Assembly: GCA_022340315.1 (NCBI GenBank)
Contig: JAJDOD010000073.1
Coordinates: 8,946-72,945, forward strand
Source of the DNA: Silicimonas sp.
Lineage (GTDB): Bacteria > Pseudomonadota > Alphaproteobacteria > Rhodobacterales > Rhodobacteraceae
Direction of reading: 5' to 3'
DNA: 64,000 bases
Part shown: positions 46,301-54,644 of the stretch, in pieces
Layout: the number at the start of each line of letters is the position of its first letter
Numbering within the stretch: position 1 is the stretch's first letter
Program-made: the position numbers and the translations under genes
Notes under the pieces: generated by a model
Told to the model about the DNA's origin: nothing
Seen by the model: the letters and a program-made list of their open reading frames with translations, nothing else
The model's database searches: none

Positions 46301-46675
46301 TGACAGCTCGGCGCCGAGCCAGTTCAACTGCGCCACCGCACCGCCGGACTGATCGGCGATCCGGATATTGTTCATCAAGACCTGCGGCACGCCTCTGCGG
46401 TCCACGCCAAACTCGATCCGGCCAAGACGCAAAGGGGCGCCCTCGATTCTTGCGTTCAGGCTTTTTTCGAGGTTCGCGCGCAGTACCTCGGGGACAAGAA
46501 TGGTGCGTCCGGAGAGTGCCAGTGTGAGGATGAAGAACACGACGAACGCAACCAGCAGACTGAGCCCGGTCGCAATGCTGAAGCCGAGACCGTGCCGACG
46601 CCGCTTGGGCGGCTTCGGTCGCTGCATTACCTTGGGTGTCGAGGACGGCCTGCCAGTCCGCTCTTTCTTTTGCAT
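43358..46675 (-). CDS. large AsmA/YhdP-like (DUF3971-type) envelope protein with an N-terminal membrane anchor
   Basis: 1105 aa. Basic N-terminus followed by a TM (LSLLVAFVVFFILTLAL), then a long beta-rich repetitive body. The C-terminal block GPSIGISADGIYDM ... GVVSPVYFLNGIGS is typical of the AsmA-like C-terminus. The stop abuts the queA start. Confidence 0.6.
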   Translation of the reverse strand: MQKKERTGRPSSTPKVMQRPKPPKRRRHGLGFSIATGLSLLVAFVVFFILTLALSGRTILVPEVLRANLEKSLNARIEGAPLRLGRIEFGVDRRGVPQVLMNNIRIADQSGGAVAQLNWLGAELSLERIFRREFAAEKVYLTGAQITIRRTAAGQFTLSAGGAIGGPEQSVADALARIDRLMSQGALASLSEVVATGVVLTLEDARSGRIWQATNASATLRTSNDSLSLSVTSDVFNGTDDLAGLQLSLIRSRATQHVQLGARVSAMPAGDIALQSPVLAWLGVLDAPISGAVRTELDETGALVSFAGTLDFAGGALQPDDTIPPVAFNSAKAYFTFDPVRQRIDFSEVSFDARDGTLLATGHTYLTDFDGLWPRSYMGQFRVEDVQYIGGETFDGPVALDDIRADLRVRLDPFSVDLGQVVVDNAGTPIIASGRITTDENGWHVAVDATTPRITSQRVLAFWPRRVSPVTRGWLTRNLSDGVLNRTALGIRLVSGQEPDVALSFDFEEGVARFLPDMPRLSAASGRAMLHDNRFSLVLEQGEIGVDSGGDVDASGSVFTVIDTRLRPSWGQIDVAATGRLDDILTILNNRPLRLMDRAKRPVDLASADLSGAARITLPLKDEIQADEVDYDVTAALRDVTSELLIPGRRLSSPELRLEATPASIEISGPAYLDGIPLTANWRQPLGKASSEGGEVTGRVTLSQEAVDVFDLPLPEGMVRGEGRADYVLSLPADPETPPRLNLTSDLGGLDMGLAALGWRKPPDQLGELEVTASLGDVPEIEELALRTRDLSFDGAIELAEEGRLERARFEDLKLGNWLNAEVELIPSPGGGPPTISVLGGTMDLRQLELAGGRGGDDTGPISLRLDRLTVSNGIAFAPLVGRIEFGGQGLSGTFEARINGQTPIQGTLSPANAGTAIRITSADAAGVLRDAGLTPSARGGTLDLVLTPVADAPSGTFNGEFLIEGARIKDASAMAKLLDAVSVVGLIDQLGGAGIRFDTIDGRFRLDRRQIRLTQAAAVGPSIGISADGIYDMPSERMDFRGVVSPVYFLNGIGSFLTRRGEGLFGFNYRMAGPAADPSVRVNPLSILTPGAFRQIFRRAPPGG

Positions 46676-46728
46676 GGCAATGTCCTACAACATGGGCGGA
46701 ATCCTTGTCACCATCGGAGACACCGCAC

Positions 46729-47190
46729 ATGAGCCTCACCGGCCAGCCTGCCCCCAACTTCACGCTCCCCCGCGACGGCGGCGGCGAGGTCACCTTGGCC
46801 GACATGCGGCCGAAGAAGGTCGTGCTCTATTTCTATCCCAAGGACGACACACCCGGCTGTACCAAGGAGGCCATTGGCTTCACCGAGGCCGCCGACGCGT
46901 TCGCAGCCGAGGACGCCGTGGTGATCGGCGTCTCGAAAGATACGGTTGGCAAGCACGACAGGTTCGTCGCCAAGCATTCGCTTGGTGTCATCCTGGTGTC
47001 GGATGCCGAAAGCGATGTCTGCGAGCGCTACGGCGTTTGGGTCGAGAAGAGTATGTACGGCAAGACCTACATGGGCATCGAACGCGCAACGTTCCTGATC
47101 GACGGGCAAGGCACGATCGTGAATGAGTGGCGCAAGGTGAAGGTCCCCGGCCATGTCGAGGCGGTTCTGGACGCGGTGAAGTCTCTGTGA
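46729..47190 (+). CDS. bcp: thioredoxin-dependent thiol peroxidase (Bcp/PrxQ peroxiredoxin)
   Basis: KVVLYFYPKDDTPGCTKEA peroxidatic Cys motif. 153 aa. Confidence 0.9.
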   Translation: MSLTGQPAPNFTLPRDGGGEVTLADMRPKKVVLYFYPKDDTPGCTKEAIGFTEAADAFAAEDAVVIGVSKDTVGKHDRFVAKHSLGVILVSDAESDVCERYGVWVEKSMYGKTYMGIERATFLIDGQGTIVNEWRKVKVPGHVEAVLDAVKSL

Positions 47191-47269
47191 TTGCGCCGGC
47201 GCCGGCGCCAGTTCACCTGGGTACCGCTCCGGCGTGCATCCTGCGACGCCGCGCGGATATCGCGCACCG

Positions 47270-48085
47270 ATGAGGGAGGAGACACTCAGCGAGATGGCAG
47301 TCGCGGTGTTGTCGACCGCAGATGGCCGCGAAAAGACGCGCCTCTCTCGAACCCACGCTGCGAAGTGGTTCAATTTGCGAAATGAAAACAAGGACCTGAG
47401 CATTGGCGAGGCGAAACCTCCAGACCGTCCATCTCGGCCAACGCAACCTGAACTGCTCGATCCGCGCGATGTGCCCAAGCGAAAGCCCGGGTCGCCTCAG
47501 GGCCGGATCGCACTTCTGCATGCGGTGGCGCATATCGAGTTGAACGCCGTCGATCTTCACTGGGACCTTGTGGCAAGGTTCGCCCACGAACCGATGCCGA
47601 TGGGCTTCTACGACGACTGGGTACGGGCGGCGGACGAAGAATCCAAGCATTTCAACCTTGTCTGCGACTGCCTTGAAGCCGCCGGAAGTCACTACGGCGC
47701 GCTGCCTGCGCATGCCGGAATGTGGCGGGCCGCAGAGGACACTGCAAATGATCTCATGGGGCGTCTTGCCGTCGTGCCGATGGTGCTGGAGGCGCGCGGC
47801 CTCGACGTGACGCCTGGCATGATCGAGGTCTTCCGCCGCGCCGGCCAGGATCAGGCCGTGGCGGCGCTGGAGACGATCTACGCAGAAGAGGTCGGCCATG
47901 TCGCCTATGGCTCGAAGTGGTTTCACTTCCTCTGCGGGCGCCTTGATCTGGACCCGAAACCGGTCTTCCACGAGTTGGTTCGAAAGTACTTCCACGGGCC
48001 TCTGAAGCCGCCTTTCAATGACGAGAAACGGGCCGAGGCCGGGCTGCCGCCCGATTTCTATTGGCCGCTCAGAGAACCCGTTTGA
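47270..48085 (+). CDS. ferritin-like DUF455 family protein
   Basis: LLHAVAHIELNAVDL ... AADEESKHF ... EARGLD ... YAEEVGHVAYG. These form a di-iron-like ExxH pattern. Confidence 0.7.
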   Translation: MREETLSEMAVAVLSTADGREKTRLSRTHAAKWFNLRNENKDLSIGEAKPPDRPSRPTQPELLDPRDVPKRKPGSPQGRIALLHAVAHIELNAVDLHWDLVARFAHEPMPMGFYDDWVRAADEESKHFNLVCDCLEAAGSHYGALPAHAGMWRAAEDTANDLMGRLAVVPMVLEARGLDVTPGMIEVFRRAGQDQAVAALETIYAEEVGHVAYGSKWFHFLCGRLDLDPKPVFHELVRKYFHGPLKPPFNDEKRAEAGLPPDFYWPLREPV

Positions 48086-48203
48086 TGCGCGGAAAACCGC
48101 TCATATTGCGGCATCTTAGCGGCAACAGGTCAGCAAGGTTGCCTGAGTTTTCCCAAACGACTAACAATTCGTGCGCAGGTCGGGACAGGATTTGCAGCCT
48201 TGC

Positions 48204-49553
48204 ATGGACATAGGTGAACGGGACAGACCCTTGACGCGATCATTACTGGCCAAAGCCCACATAGCGGTTGAGCGGACATTTCCTGAACAACGCCTTTTCC
48301 TGCGATCGGACACTGAGACGCGTTTCATTCGCCTCTCTCCGCTTACCCAGTTCATCGGGATTACCGGCAGCGCGATGCTGCTTGGCTGGACCATTGTTTC
48401 GTCGGCGATCCTGTTGATGCATTCCCTTGGTGCGGGCGACCTGCGCGAACAGGCGATGCGCGAACAGGCGATATACGAGTCTCGCCTGAACGAGGTGGCC
48501 GCCGAACGCGATGCACGCGCCAGCGAAGCCGCAGCGGCTCAGGAGCGGTTCGCCGTGGCACTGGCTGAGGTTTCGGCGATGCAATCCAGGCTTCTCGACT
48601 CCGAGGATCGCCGCAGCGAGCTTGAAACAGGAATTGAAGTCGTGGCCGGCACGCTGCGCGACACGATGAAGGAACGCGACGCGGCGCGCGACGAGGTGGC
48701 CGCGCTCATGTCGGAACTGGCCGAGACCGAGGCGGCGCAGCCCGAGGTCTCACGCCTCGAAGACCTTGAGACGACGCTCGACTTCCTGACAGCGGCGCTT
48801 GGCGATCTGGCCGTCAAGCGCGATGCGATGTCGGACTACGTTGCCGAAGCCGAAGTGCACATGGACCGCATCGCCATGAACCAGAAGCTTGAGGCCGAGC
48901 GGAACGAGCGGATCTTCGGGCAGATCGAAGAGGCGGTGAATACGTCGCTCAAGCCCATCGACGAAATGTTCTCGGCCGTTGGCCTGCCGACCGACAGCAT
49001 CCTCGAACAGGTGCGCCGCAGCTACTCCGGCCAGGGTGGCCCCCTGACGCCGATCATATTCTCGACCAGCGGGGACGAGGAACCGGACCCGCTCACCGAG
49101 CGCGCCAACGAAGTGCTTGGCCAGTTGGACACGTTGAACCTCTACCGCATTGCGGCCGAAAAGCTGCCTTTCGGGTTCCCGGTTCGCGGCTCCTACCGCT
49201 CGACCAGCGGCTTTGGGCCTCGTTGGGGCCGGATGCACGAAGGCCACGACTACGCCGGCGCGACGGGCACCCCTATTCACGCCACGGCGGACGGTGTCGT
49301 GGTGCACGCAGGACGTCTGGCGGGATATGGCAACCTCATCAAGATTCGGCACGATTTCGGGTTTGAGACCCGATACGCACACCTCTCGCGCATCCGCGTT
49401 CAAGAGGGCGAAAGAGTCTCGCGCGGCGACCGTATCGGTGATATGGGAAATACGGGGCGATCCACCGGGACCCATCTCCACTACGAAATTCGTATCGGAG
49501 GGGAGCCCATGAACCCGTTGAAATACATCAAGGCAGCAAGAGATGTTTTCTAA
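48204..49553 (+). CDS. membrane-anchored coiled-coil M23 family metallopeptidase (LmdC-like architecture)
   Basis: N-terminal tail, TM (ITGSAMLLGWTIVSSAILLM), long coiled coil, and a C-terminal M23 domain with HEGHDYAG and GTHLHYEIR metal ligands. Confidence 0.85.
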   Translation: MDIGERDRPLTRSLLAKAHIAVERTFPEQRLFLRSDTETRFIRLSPLTQFIGITGSAMLLGWTIVSSAILLMHSLGAGDLREQAMREQAIYESRLNEVAAERDARASEAAAAQERFAVALAEVSAMQSRLLDSEDRRSELETGIEVVAGTLRDTMKERDAARDEVAALMSELAETEAAQPEVSRLEDLETTLDFLTAALGDLAVKRDAMSDYVAEAEVHMDRIAMNQKLEAERNERIFGQIEEAVNTSLKPIDEMFSAVGLPTDSILEQVRRSYSGQGGPLTPIIFSTSGDEEPDPLTERANEVLGQLDTLNLYRIAAEKLPFGFPVRGSYRSTSGFGPRWGRMHEGHDYAGATGTPIHATADGVVVHAGRLAGYGNLIKIRHDFGFETRYAHLSRIRVQEGERVSRGDRIGDMGNTGRSTGTHLHYEIRIGGEPMNPLKYIKAARDVF

Positions 49554-50070
49554 AAGCAAAATCAATGATCCAGGCCCCAAGACGGGCACCGAGGCAGAGA
49601 AAGCAGATAAAAAGGACGAAAAGGGCCCCACCATGAGCGATACGAGCACGCCAAGCACCCCGAAAGCGAAACCGCCCGCATCCGTGCTGTCCGCCGATCT
49701 GACGATCACCGGCGACATCAAGACAACGGGCGATGTCAACATCGAAGGAACTGTCGAGGGCGATATTCGGGCGCACCTGCTGACCGTCGGCGAAGGCGCG
49801 ACCGTCAAGGGCGAGTGCATTGCCGATGACGTGGTGGTGAATGGACGCGTCGTGGGCAAGGTGAGGGGCCTCAAGGTCCGCCTGACGTCCACCGCGCGTG
49901 TTGAAGGCGACATTATTCACAAGACGATCGCGATCGAATCGGGCGCGCATTTCGAGGGTTCCGTTCAGCGCCAGGAAGACCCGCTGAACAACAAGTCCGG
50001 CAGCAGTTTCTCATCTGCTCCCAAAGCCGCCACGTCGGCCGCGCCCGCGGCAGAAGCTGCGAAGGGCTGA
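49543..50070 (+). CDS. bactofilin family cytoskeletal protein
   Basis: DUF583 beta-helix repeats (LTITGDIKTTGDVNIEGTVEGDIRAHLLTVGEGATVKGECIADDVVVNGRVVGKV...) with disordered termini. 11-nt overlap with the M23 gene. Confidence 0.88.
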   Translation: MFSKSKINDPGPKTGTEAEKADKKDEKGPTMSDTSTPSTPKAKPPASVLSADLTITGDIKTTGDVNIEGTVEGDIRAHLLTVGEGATVKGECIADDVVVNGRVVGKVRGLKVRLTSTARVEGDIIHKTIAIESGAHFEGSVQRQEDPLNNKSGSSFSSAPKAATSAAPAAEAAKG

Positions 50071-50093
50071 TCGGAAGTCACACGTGAAATTTG

Positions 50094-50123
50094 AGGGGCG
50101 TCGCAATTTGTGGCGCCCCTTTT
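50094..50123 (+). terminator. strong rho-independent terminator after the bactofilin gene (possibly bidirectional)
   Basis: AGGGGCGUCGC-AAUUU-GUGGCGCCCCU, an 11-bp stem including two G-U pairs, followed by UUUU. It lies between convergent genes. Confidence 0.7.
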
Positions 50124-50135
50124 CCTTGGACCTGG

Positions 50136-50933
50136 CTAGGTTGCTCGACTGCTTTCCCGGCTGTCGGCAGGATGATAGAGCGCACGGCGATATATGTGCC
50201 ACGTCGCATGGCCAAGCACCGGCAGCGCCAGGAACAGTCCAAGGAACATCGGAAGCATCGCGACGAAGAGCGACATGGCGATGACCGCCGCCCAAAGCCC
50301 CAGCGTGGCCTTGTTCGCGTTGACCGTCTTCAGGCTGACGAGCATGGCCGAGACAAAGTCAATCTCCTTGTCGACCAGCAAGGGCAGCGAAACCGCCGTC
50401 AGCCCATAGGTCAGGAAAGCCACCGCGCCGCCCACAACGACCTGCGCCGCCAGCATCACCCGCCCGTCGTTCGTTGCAAGGAAGGCGTCGAGCGAGGTGC
50501 TTCCGACCGAGGAGATGCCGAGGAAAAGCGCCACCATCATGTGGGCGAAGAAGCTCCAGAATAGGAAGATCAGAGCCAGAACAACGCCCACCCAGGGCAA
50601 TTGCCGCCGCCGTTCATTCCAGACAACGCCAAGTACACCCATGCGGTCCAATGGCTCTTCGGCTTCCAACCGGCGGCTCACCTCATAGAAGCCCACGGCG
50701 GCGAAGGGGGCGACCAGAGGAAACCCCAGCGCCAGGGCGAGTGTCCAAAGGAAGGTGCCTGCGCCGATCAGCGTCAGCATGTTGCCGAGAACCGCATAAA
50801 AGGCGGCGAAAAAGAGCCCGTAGCCGGGCGCGCGGCGGAAATCCCAGAACCCGTACTTCAGCGAGGTCCAGATCTCGTGCATCGTCAGCGACGAGATCTC
50901 CGGTTTTGGGGACGCCTCGATCTTCTCCTCCAT
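50136..50933 (-). CDS. DUF2189-like polytopic membrane protein
   Basis: MEEKIEASPKPEISSLTMHEIWTSLKYGFWDFRRAPGYGLFFAAFY..., with about 6 TM helices. Family assignment is from memory. Confidence 0.55.
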   Translation of the reverse strand: MEEKIEASPKPEISSLTMHEIWTSLKYGFWDFRRAPGYGLFFAAFYAVLGNMLTLIGAGTFLWTLALALGFPLVAPFAAVGFYEVSRRLEAEEPLDRMGVLGVVWNERRRQLPWVGVVLALIFLFWSFFAHMMVALFLGISSVGSTSLDAFLATNDGRVMLAAQVVVGGAVAFLTYGLTAVSLPLLVDKEIDFVSAMLVSLKTVNANKATLGLWAAVIAMSLFVAMLPMFLGLFLALPVLGHATWHIYRRALYHPADSRESSRAT

Positions 50934-51049
50934 GCTCCCACCTTTCCAGCTCTGACGCCCGCGTTCCTTGATACCGATCAAGAACCCTCGCTTGAAGCCG
51001 CAACGCGGCATTGCTATCAGCTTGAGACCTTCTGAATCGGGAGTTGCCC

Positions 51050-52177
51050 ATGCGCGCCGAGGCCGAAAACCAGGTCGCAAAGATCGAGAAATCGCTGAAC
51101 CTGCTCGCCCGACGCATGGACTGGGAAACCGCGCCGCATCGTCTGGAAGAGTTCAACGCGATGGTCGAGGACCCGAACCTCTGGGACGATCCGGAAAAGG
51201 CGCAGAAACTGATGCGCGACCGGCAGATGCTGGTAGATGCGATGGATCGCTATTCGGGCATGAAGCAGGAGCTTTCCGACAACGTCGAGCTTATTGAACT
51301 TGGCGAGATGGAAGACGACCAGGACGTGGTGAATGAGGCCGAGGCGGCGCTGAAGACGCTTGCCGAGCGGGCCGGAAAGGCCGAGATCGAAGCTCTTCTG
51401 GACGGCGAGGCGGACGGAAACGATACGTTCCTGGAAATCAACGCCGGCGCAGGCGGGACCGAAAGCTGTGACTGGGCGTCGATGCTGGCCCGGATGTACG
51501 TCCGCTGGGCCGAGGCGAAGGGCTACAAGGTCGAGCTTCAGTCCGAGAGTGCCGGCGAGGAGGCGGGGATCAAGTCCGCGGCCTACAAGATCAGCGGCCC
51601 CAATGCCTATGGCTGGCTGAAATCGGAATCGGGCGTGCACCGGCTGGTCCGCATCTCGCCCTACGACAGTTCGGCCCGGCGGCACACCTCGTTTTCCTCG
51701 GTCTGGGTCTACCCCGTCGTCGACGACAATATCGAGATCGAGGTGAACCCCTCCGATATCCGCATCGACACTTACCGGTCTTCGGGCGCGGGCGGGCAGC
51801 ACGTCAACACCACCGACTCGGCGGTCCGGATCACCCACATACCAACCGGGATCGTGGTAACCTCATCTGAGAAATCCCAGCACCAGAACCGCGACATCGC
51901 GATGAAGGCCCTGAAATCAAGGCTTTACCAGATGGAGCTGGACAGGCGAAACGAAGCAATCTCGGAGGCGCACGAGAACAAGGGCGACGCGGGCTGGGGC
52001 AACCAGATCCGGTCTTATGTGTTGCAGCCCTATCAGATGGTGAAAGACTTGCGCACGAACTACGAGACGAGTGACACGGCGGGCGTGCTAGACGGTGACC
52101 TCGACGGGCTGATGGCGGCCACGCTGGCGATGGGCGTCTCAGGCATGAAACGGGGCGAGGCACAGTCGGAGGAGTAG
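51050..52177 (+). CDS. prfB: peptide chain release factor 2 (uninterrupted, no programmed frameshift)
   Basis: SPF tripeptide region ([21 protein letters not shown]) and GGQ motif ([25 protein letters not shown]). The N-terminus is continuous through the position where the E. coli-type +1 frameshift site would lie. Confidence 0.95.
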   Translation: MRAEAENQVAKIEKSLNLLARRMDWETAPHRLEEFNAMVEDPNLWDDPEKAQKLMRDRQMLVDAMDRYSGMKQELSDNVELIELGEMEDDQDVVNEAEAALKTLAERAGKAEIEALLDGEADGNDTFLEINAGAGGTESCDWASMLARMYVRWAEAKGYKVELQSESAGEEAGIKSAAYKISGPNAYGWLKSESGVHRLVRISPYDSSARRHTSFSSVWVYPVVDDNIEIEVNPSDIRIDTYRSSGAGGQHVNTTDSAVRITHIPTGIVVTSSEKSQHQNRDIAMKALKSRLYQMELDRRNEAISEAHENKGDAGWGNQIRSYVLQPYQMVKDLRTNYETSDTAGVLDGDLDGLMAATLAMGVSGMKRGEAQSEE

Positions 52178-52274
52178 GTTTTGTACCAGCTTCCGGCCAC
52201 GATACACGGGCCGAGCTTTCCCTCTCGCCTTCTGAACCAATTCAGCCCGATGTTGGATAGGAGAGGTGCTTGGA

Positions 52275-53078
52275 ATGTCTGACTGGGAAGTGTTCGCAAT
52301 CCGCTATGCCGACCAACAGGACAGGACCCGTGCGCGGGCTTTCATATCCGATGACAACCACAACGCGCCTTATCCCATCGACTTCTACGTCTGGCTTCTG
52401 AGGCGCGGCGACGAAGTGATCCTTGTCGACACTGGCTTCGATGGACCGGAAGCGCGGAAGCGCGGCTTCGATTTGCGCCAGGAAGTCGGAACAGCACTCG
52501 CCCCGTTCGGGCTGTCGCCCGAGGAGATCACGACGCTCATCGTTACCCATCTGCATTTCGACCACGCGGGCGGGCTGCATCTTTTCCCCAATGCGACGCT
52601 CTACATGCAAGCCGCGGAAATGGCTTATGCGACCGGTCCTTGCATGTGCCACGACCTCCTGCGCCAACCTTTCACGGGCGCGCATGTCTGTGAGGCGGTG
52701 ATGCGGCTCTATGCCGGCAAGGTGGTCTTCTTCGAAGGCGACGCCGAGGTTGCGGACGGCGTGACCCTACACGCCGTCGGCGGACACTCGAAGGGGCTGC
52801 AGGTGGTCCGGGTGCGGACAGAGGCGGGATGGCTGGTTTTGGCGTCGGATGCCGCGCATTTCTACGAGAACTTCCAGCGCCGCGTGCCCTTCCCTCTCGT
52901 CGTCGATGTCGAGGACATGCTGAAGGGTTTTGACAAGCTCCAGCGCCTTGCCTCGGCGCCGGAGCTTATCGTGCCCGGTCACGATCCGCTGGTTCGGCAG
53001 CTTTTCCCGGCGGACATCGGCGCCGAGATCTGGCGGCTTGACCGAGGCACTGTCACGAAGCCGCCCGCGAGCCAGTAA
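52275..53078 (+). CDS. MBL-fold metallo-hydrolase, N-acyl-homoserine-lactonase-like
   Basis: HxHxDH motif THLHFDHAGG, and later HAVGGHSKG, SDAAHF, PGHD. Confidence 0.75.
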   Translation: MSDWEVFAIRYADQQDRTRARAFISDDNHNAPYPIDFYVWLLRRGDEVILVDTGFDGPEARKRGFDLRQEVGTALAPFGLSPEEITTLIVTHLHFDHAGGLHLFPNATLYMQAAEMAYATGPCMCHDLLRQPFTGAHVCEAVMRLYAGKVVFFEGDAEVADGVTLHAVGGHSKGLQVVRVRTEAGWLVLASDAAHFYENFQRRVPFPLVVDVEDMLKGFDKLQRLASAPELIVPGHDPLVRQLFPADIGAEIWRLDRGTVTKPPASQ

Positions 53079-54444
53079 GCGCGTCCAGCACGCGCGCCCA
53101 GCTTCGCGTGCCCTTGTGAAACGACCGCAGGTCGTACTTCTCGTTCGGCGAATGGATCTGGTCGTCGTCGAGCCCGAAGCCGATGAGCATCGAGTCCATC
53201 CCGAGAATCTCCTTGAAATGACCCGCGATCGGGATCGAGCCGCCACTCCCAATGAATGCCGCCGGGTTTGTCCATTCGTCGGACAAGGCCTGGCGCGCGG
53301 TCTCGAATGCTGGATTCGTGGTCGACATGACCGAAGCATGCGAATTGCCGTGCCCCTTGAAGTCGATCTTGCAATCAGGCGGGACCATTGTAGTTACCAT
53401 CGAACGGAAGCTTTCGCGGATTGCGTGTGGGTCCTGAGTGCCCACCAGGCGGAAACTGATCTTGGCACTGGCCTTGGAGGGGAGCACGGTCTTGAACCCG
53501 TCACCGGTATACCCGCCGATGATGCCGTTGACCTCGCAGGTCGGGCGTGACCAGACCTGCTCCAGCACGCTTCTGCCTGCCTCGCCTGCGGGTTGCGAAA
53601 GGCCGACCTCGCCCAGAAAGCTCTTGTCGTCGAAGCCGAGGGCATCCCATTGCGCACGCATCTCATCCGGGATCTCGGGCACTCCGTCGTAGAATCCGGG
53701 CACGGTAATGCGTCCGGTGTCATCGTGGAGGCTGGAAATTATCCGCGACAATACCCGGATCGGATTTATCGCCGCGCCCCCGTAGTATCCCGAATGCAGG
53801 TCACGCGTCGGGCCCGTAACCGTAACCTCCTCGCCCAGAAGACCGCGCAGCATCGTGGTGATCGCCGGCGTGTCCCTGTTGAACAGCGCGGTGTCGCAGA
53901 TCAGCGCCAGATCCGGCTGGCTCAGTTCGTCCTTGTTTGCCTCCAGGAAGGGCACGAGCGAGGGTGAACCCGATTCTTCCTCGCCCTCGAAAAGGAAGGT
54001 GATGCGGCACGGCCAGGACCCGTTCACCGCCTTCCAAGCGCGGCACGCCTCGACGAAGGTCATCAACTGGCCCTTGTCGTCAGATGAACCCCGGCCACGC
54101 AGAACCTTGCCGTTCGGCGTCTCCTCGATCGCGGGATCGAAAGGATCGCGATCCCAGAGGTTCAGCGGATCGGCGGGCTGCACGTCGTAATGTCCATAGA
54201 ACAGAAGGTGCGGGCTTCCCTCGCCCACCGTGCCCAAGACCATGGGGTGACCCTGCGTCGGACGCGCCTCTGCCGAAACCCCGAGGCCGGCAAGATCGGA
54301 AACCAGCCAGTCTGCGGCTTGCTGGCAGCTTTCCGAATAGGCGGGATCGGTCGAGATCGAAGGGATTCGCAGGAGCTCGAACAAACGGTCGAGCGCGGCG
54401 TCGAGATCGGCATCTATTCGGTCGAGCACGGCGTTGATTGGCAT
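53053..54444 (-). CDS. M20/M25/M40 family metallopeptidase (dipeptidase/deacylase-like)
   Basis: LLFYGHYDVQPAD ... GRGSSDDKGQ ... FEGEEESGS ... IHSPNEKY. Trimmed to MPINAVLDRID. Confidence 0.85.
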   Translation of the reverse strand: MPINAVLDRIDADLDAALDRLFELLRIPSISTDPAYSESCQQAADWLVSDLAGLGVSAEARPTQGHPMVLGTVGEGSPHLLFYGHYDVQPADPLNLWDRDPFDPAIEETPNGKVLRGRGSSDDKGQLMTFVEACRAWKAVNGSWPCRITFLFEGEEESGSPSLVPFLEANKDELSQPDLALICDTALFNRDTPAITTMLRGLLGEEVTVTGPTRDLHSGYYGGAAINPIRVLSRIISSLHDDTGRITVPGFYDGVPEIPDEMRAQWDALGFDDKSFLGEVGLSQPAGEAGRSVLEQVWSRPTCEVNGIIGGYTGDGFKTVLPSKASAKISFRLVGTQDPHAIRESFRSMVTTMVPPDCKIDFKGHGNSHASVMSTTNPAFETARQALSDEWTNPAAFIGSGGSIPIAGHFKEILGMDSMLIGFGLDDDQIHSPNEKYDLRSFHKGTRSWARVLDALTGSRAAS

Positions 54445-54447
54445 CAG
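54434..54447. promoter_or_regulatory. FNR-like box TTGATTGGCATCAG (9/10 half-site positions)
   Basis: Overlaps the M20 peptidase start codon. The centre lies about 204 nt upstream of the hemA TTG start. Confidence 0.4.
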
Positions 54448-54554
54448 TCTTCCTTTTCGGGGCTGTTTCGCGCCGGAAGGTATCAGGCGGACCGCCATCG
54501 TCCAGAGTCCTGATCGCGATCCCGATATCGTGACCAGACCTGAAGCGCGGCAAT

Positions 54555-54568
54555 TTGTTCTATGTCAA
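54555..54568. promoter_or_regulatory. degenerate FNR-like box TTGTTCTATGTCAA (8/10)
   Basis: The centre lies about 83 nt upstream of the hemA start, similar spacing to the perfect box upstream of ccoN. Confidence 0.35.
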
Positions 54569-54644
54569 CGAATTCTGGATCTAGAATATTTTAAACCCGT
54601 ACGTATTCCGATAGGAAAGTTGGAACGAGCGCGAGGAAGACGAC

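Noticed and set aside
51044-51200. Looked for the programmed +1 frameshift site (CUU UGA C type) usual in prfB
   Set aside because: The RF2 reading frame is continuous from ATG 51050 through the region aligning with the E. coli frameshift site ([19 protein letters not shown]). No in-frame UGA or slippery CTTTGAC is present. This prfB is simply a non-frameshifted type.
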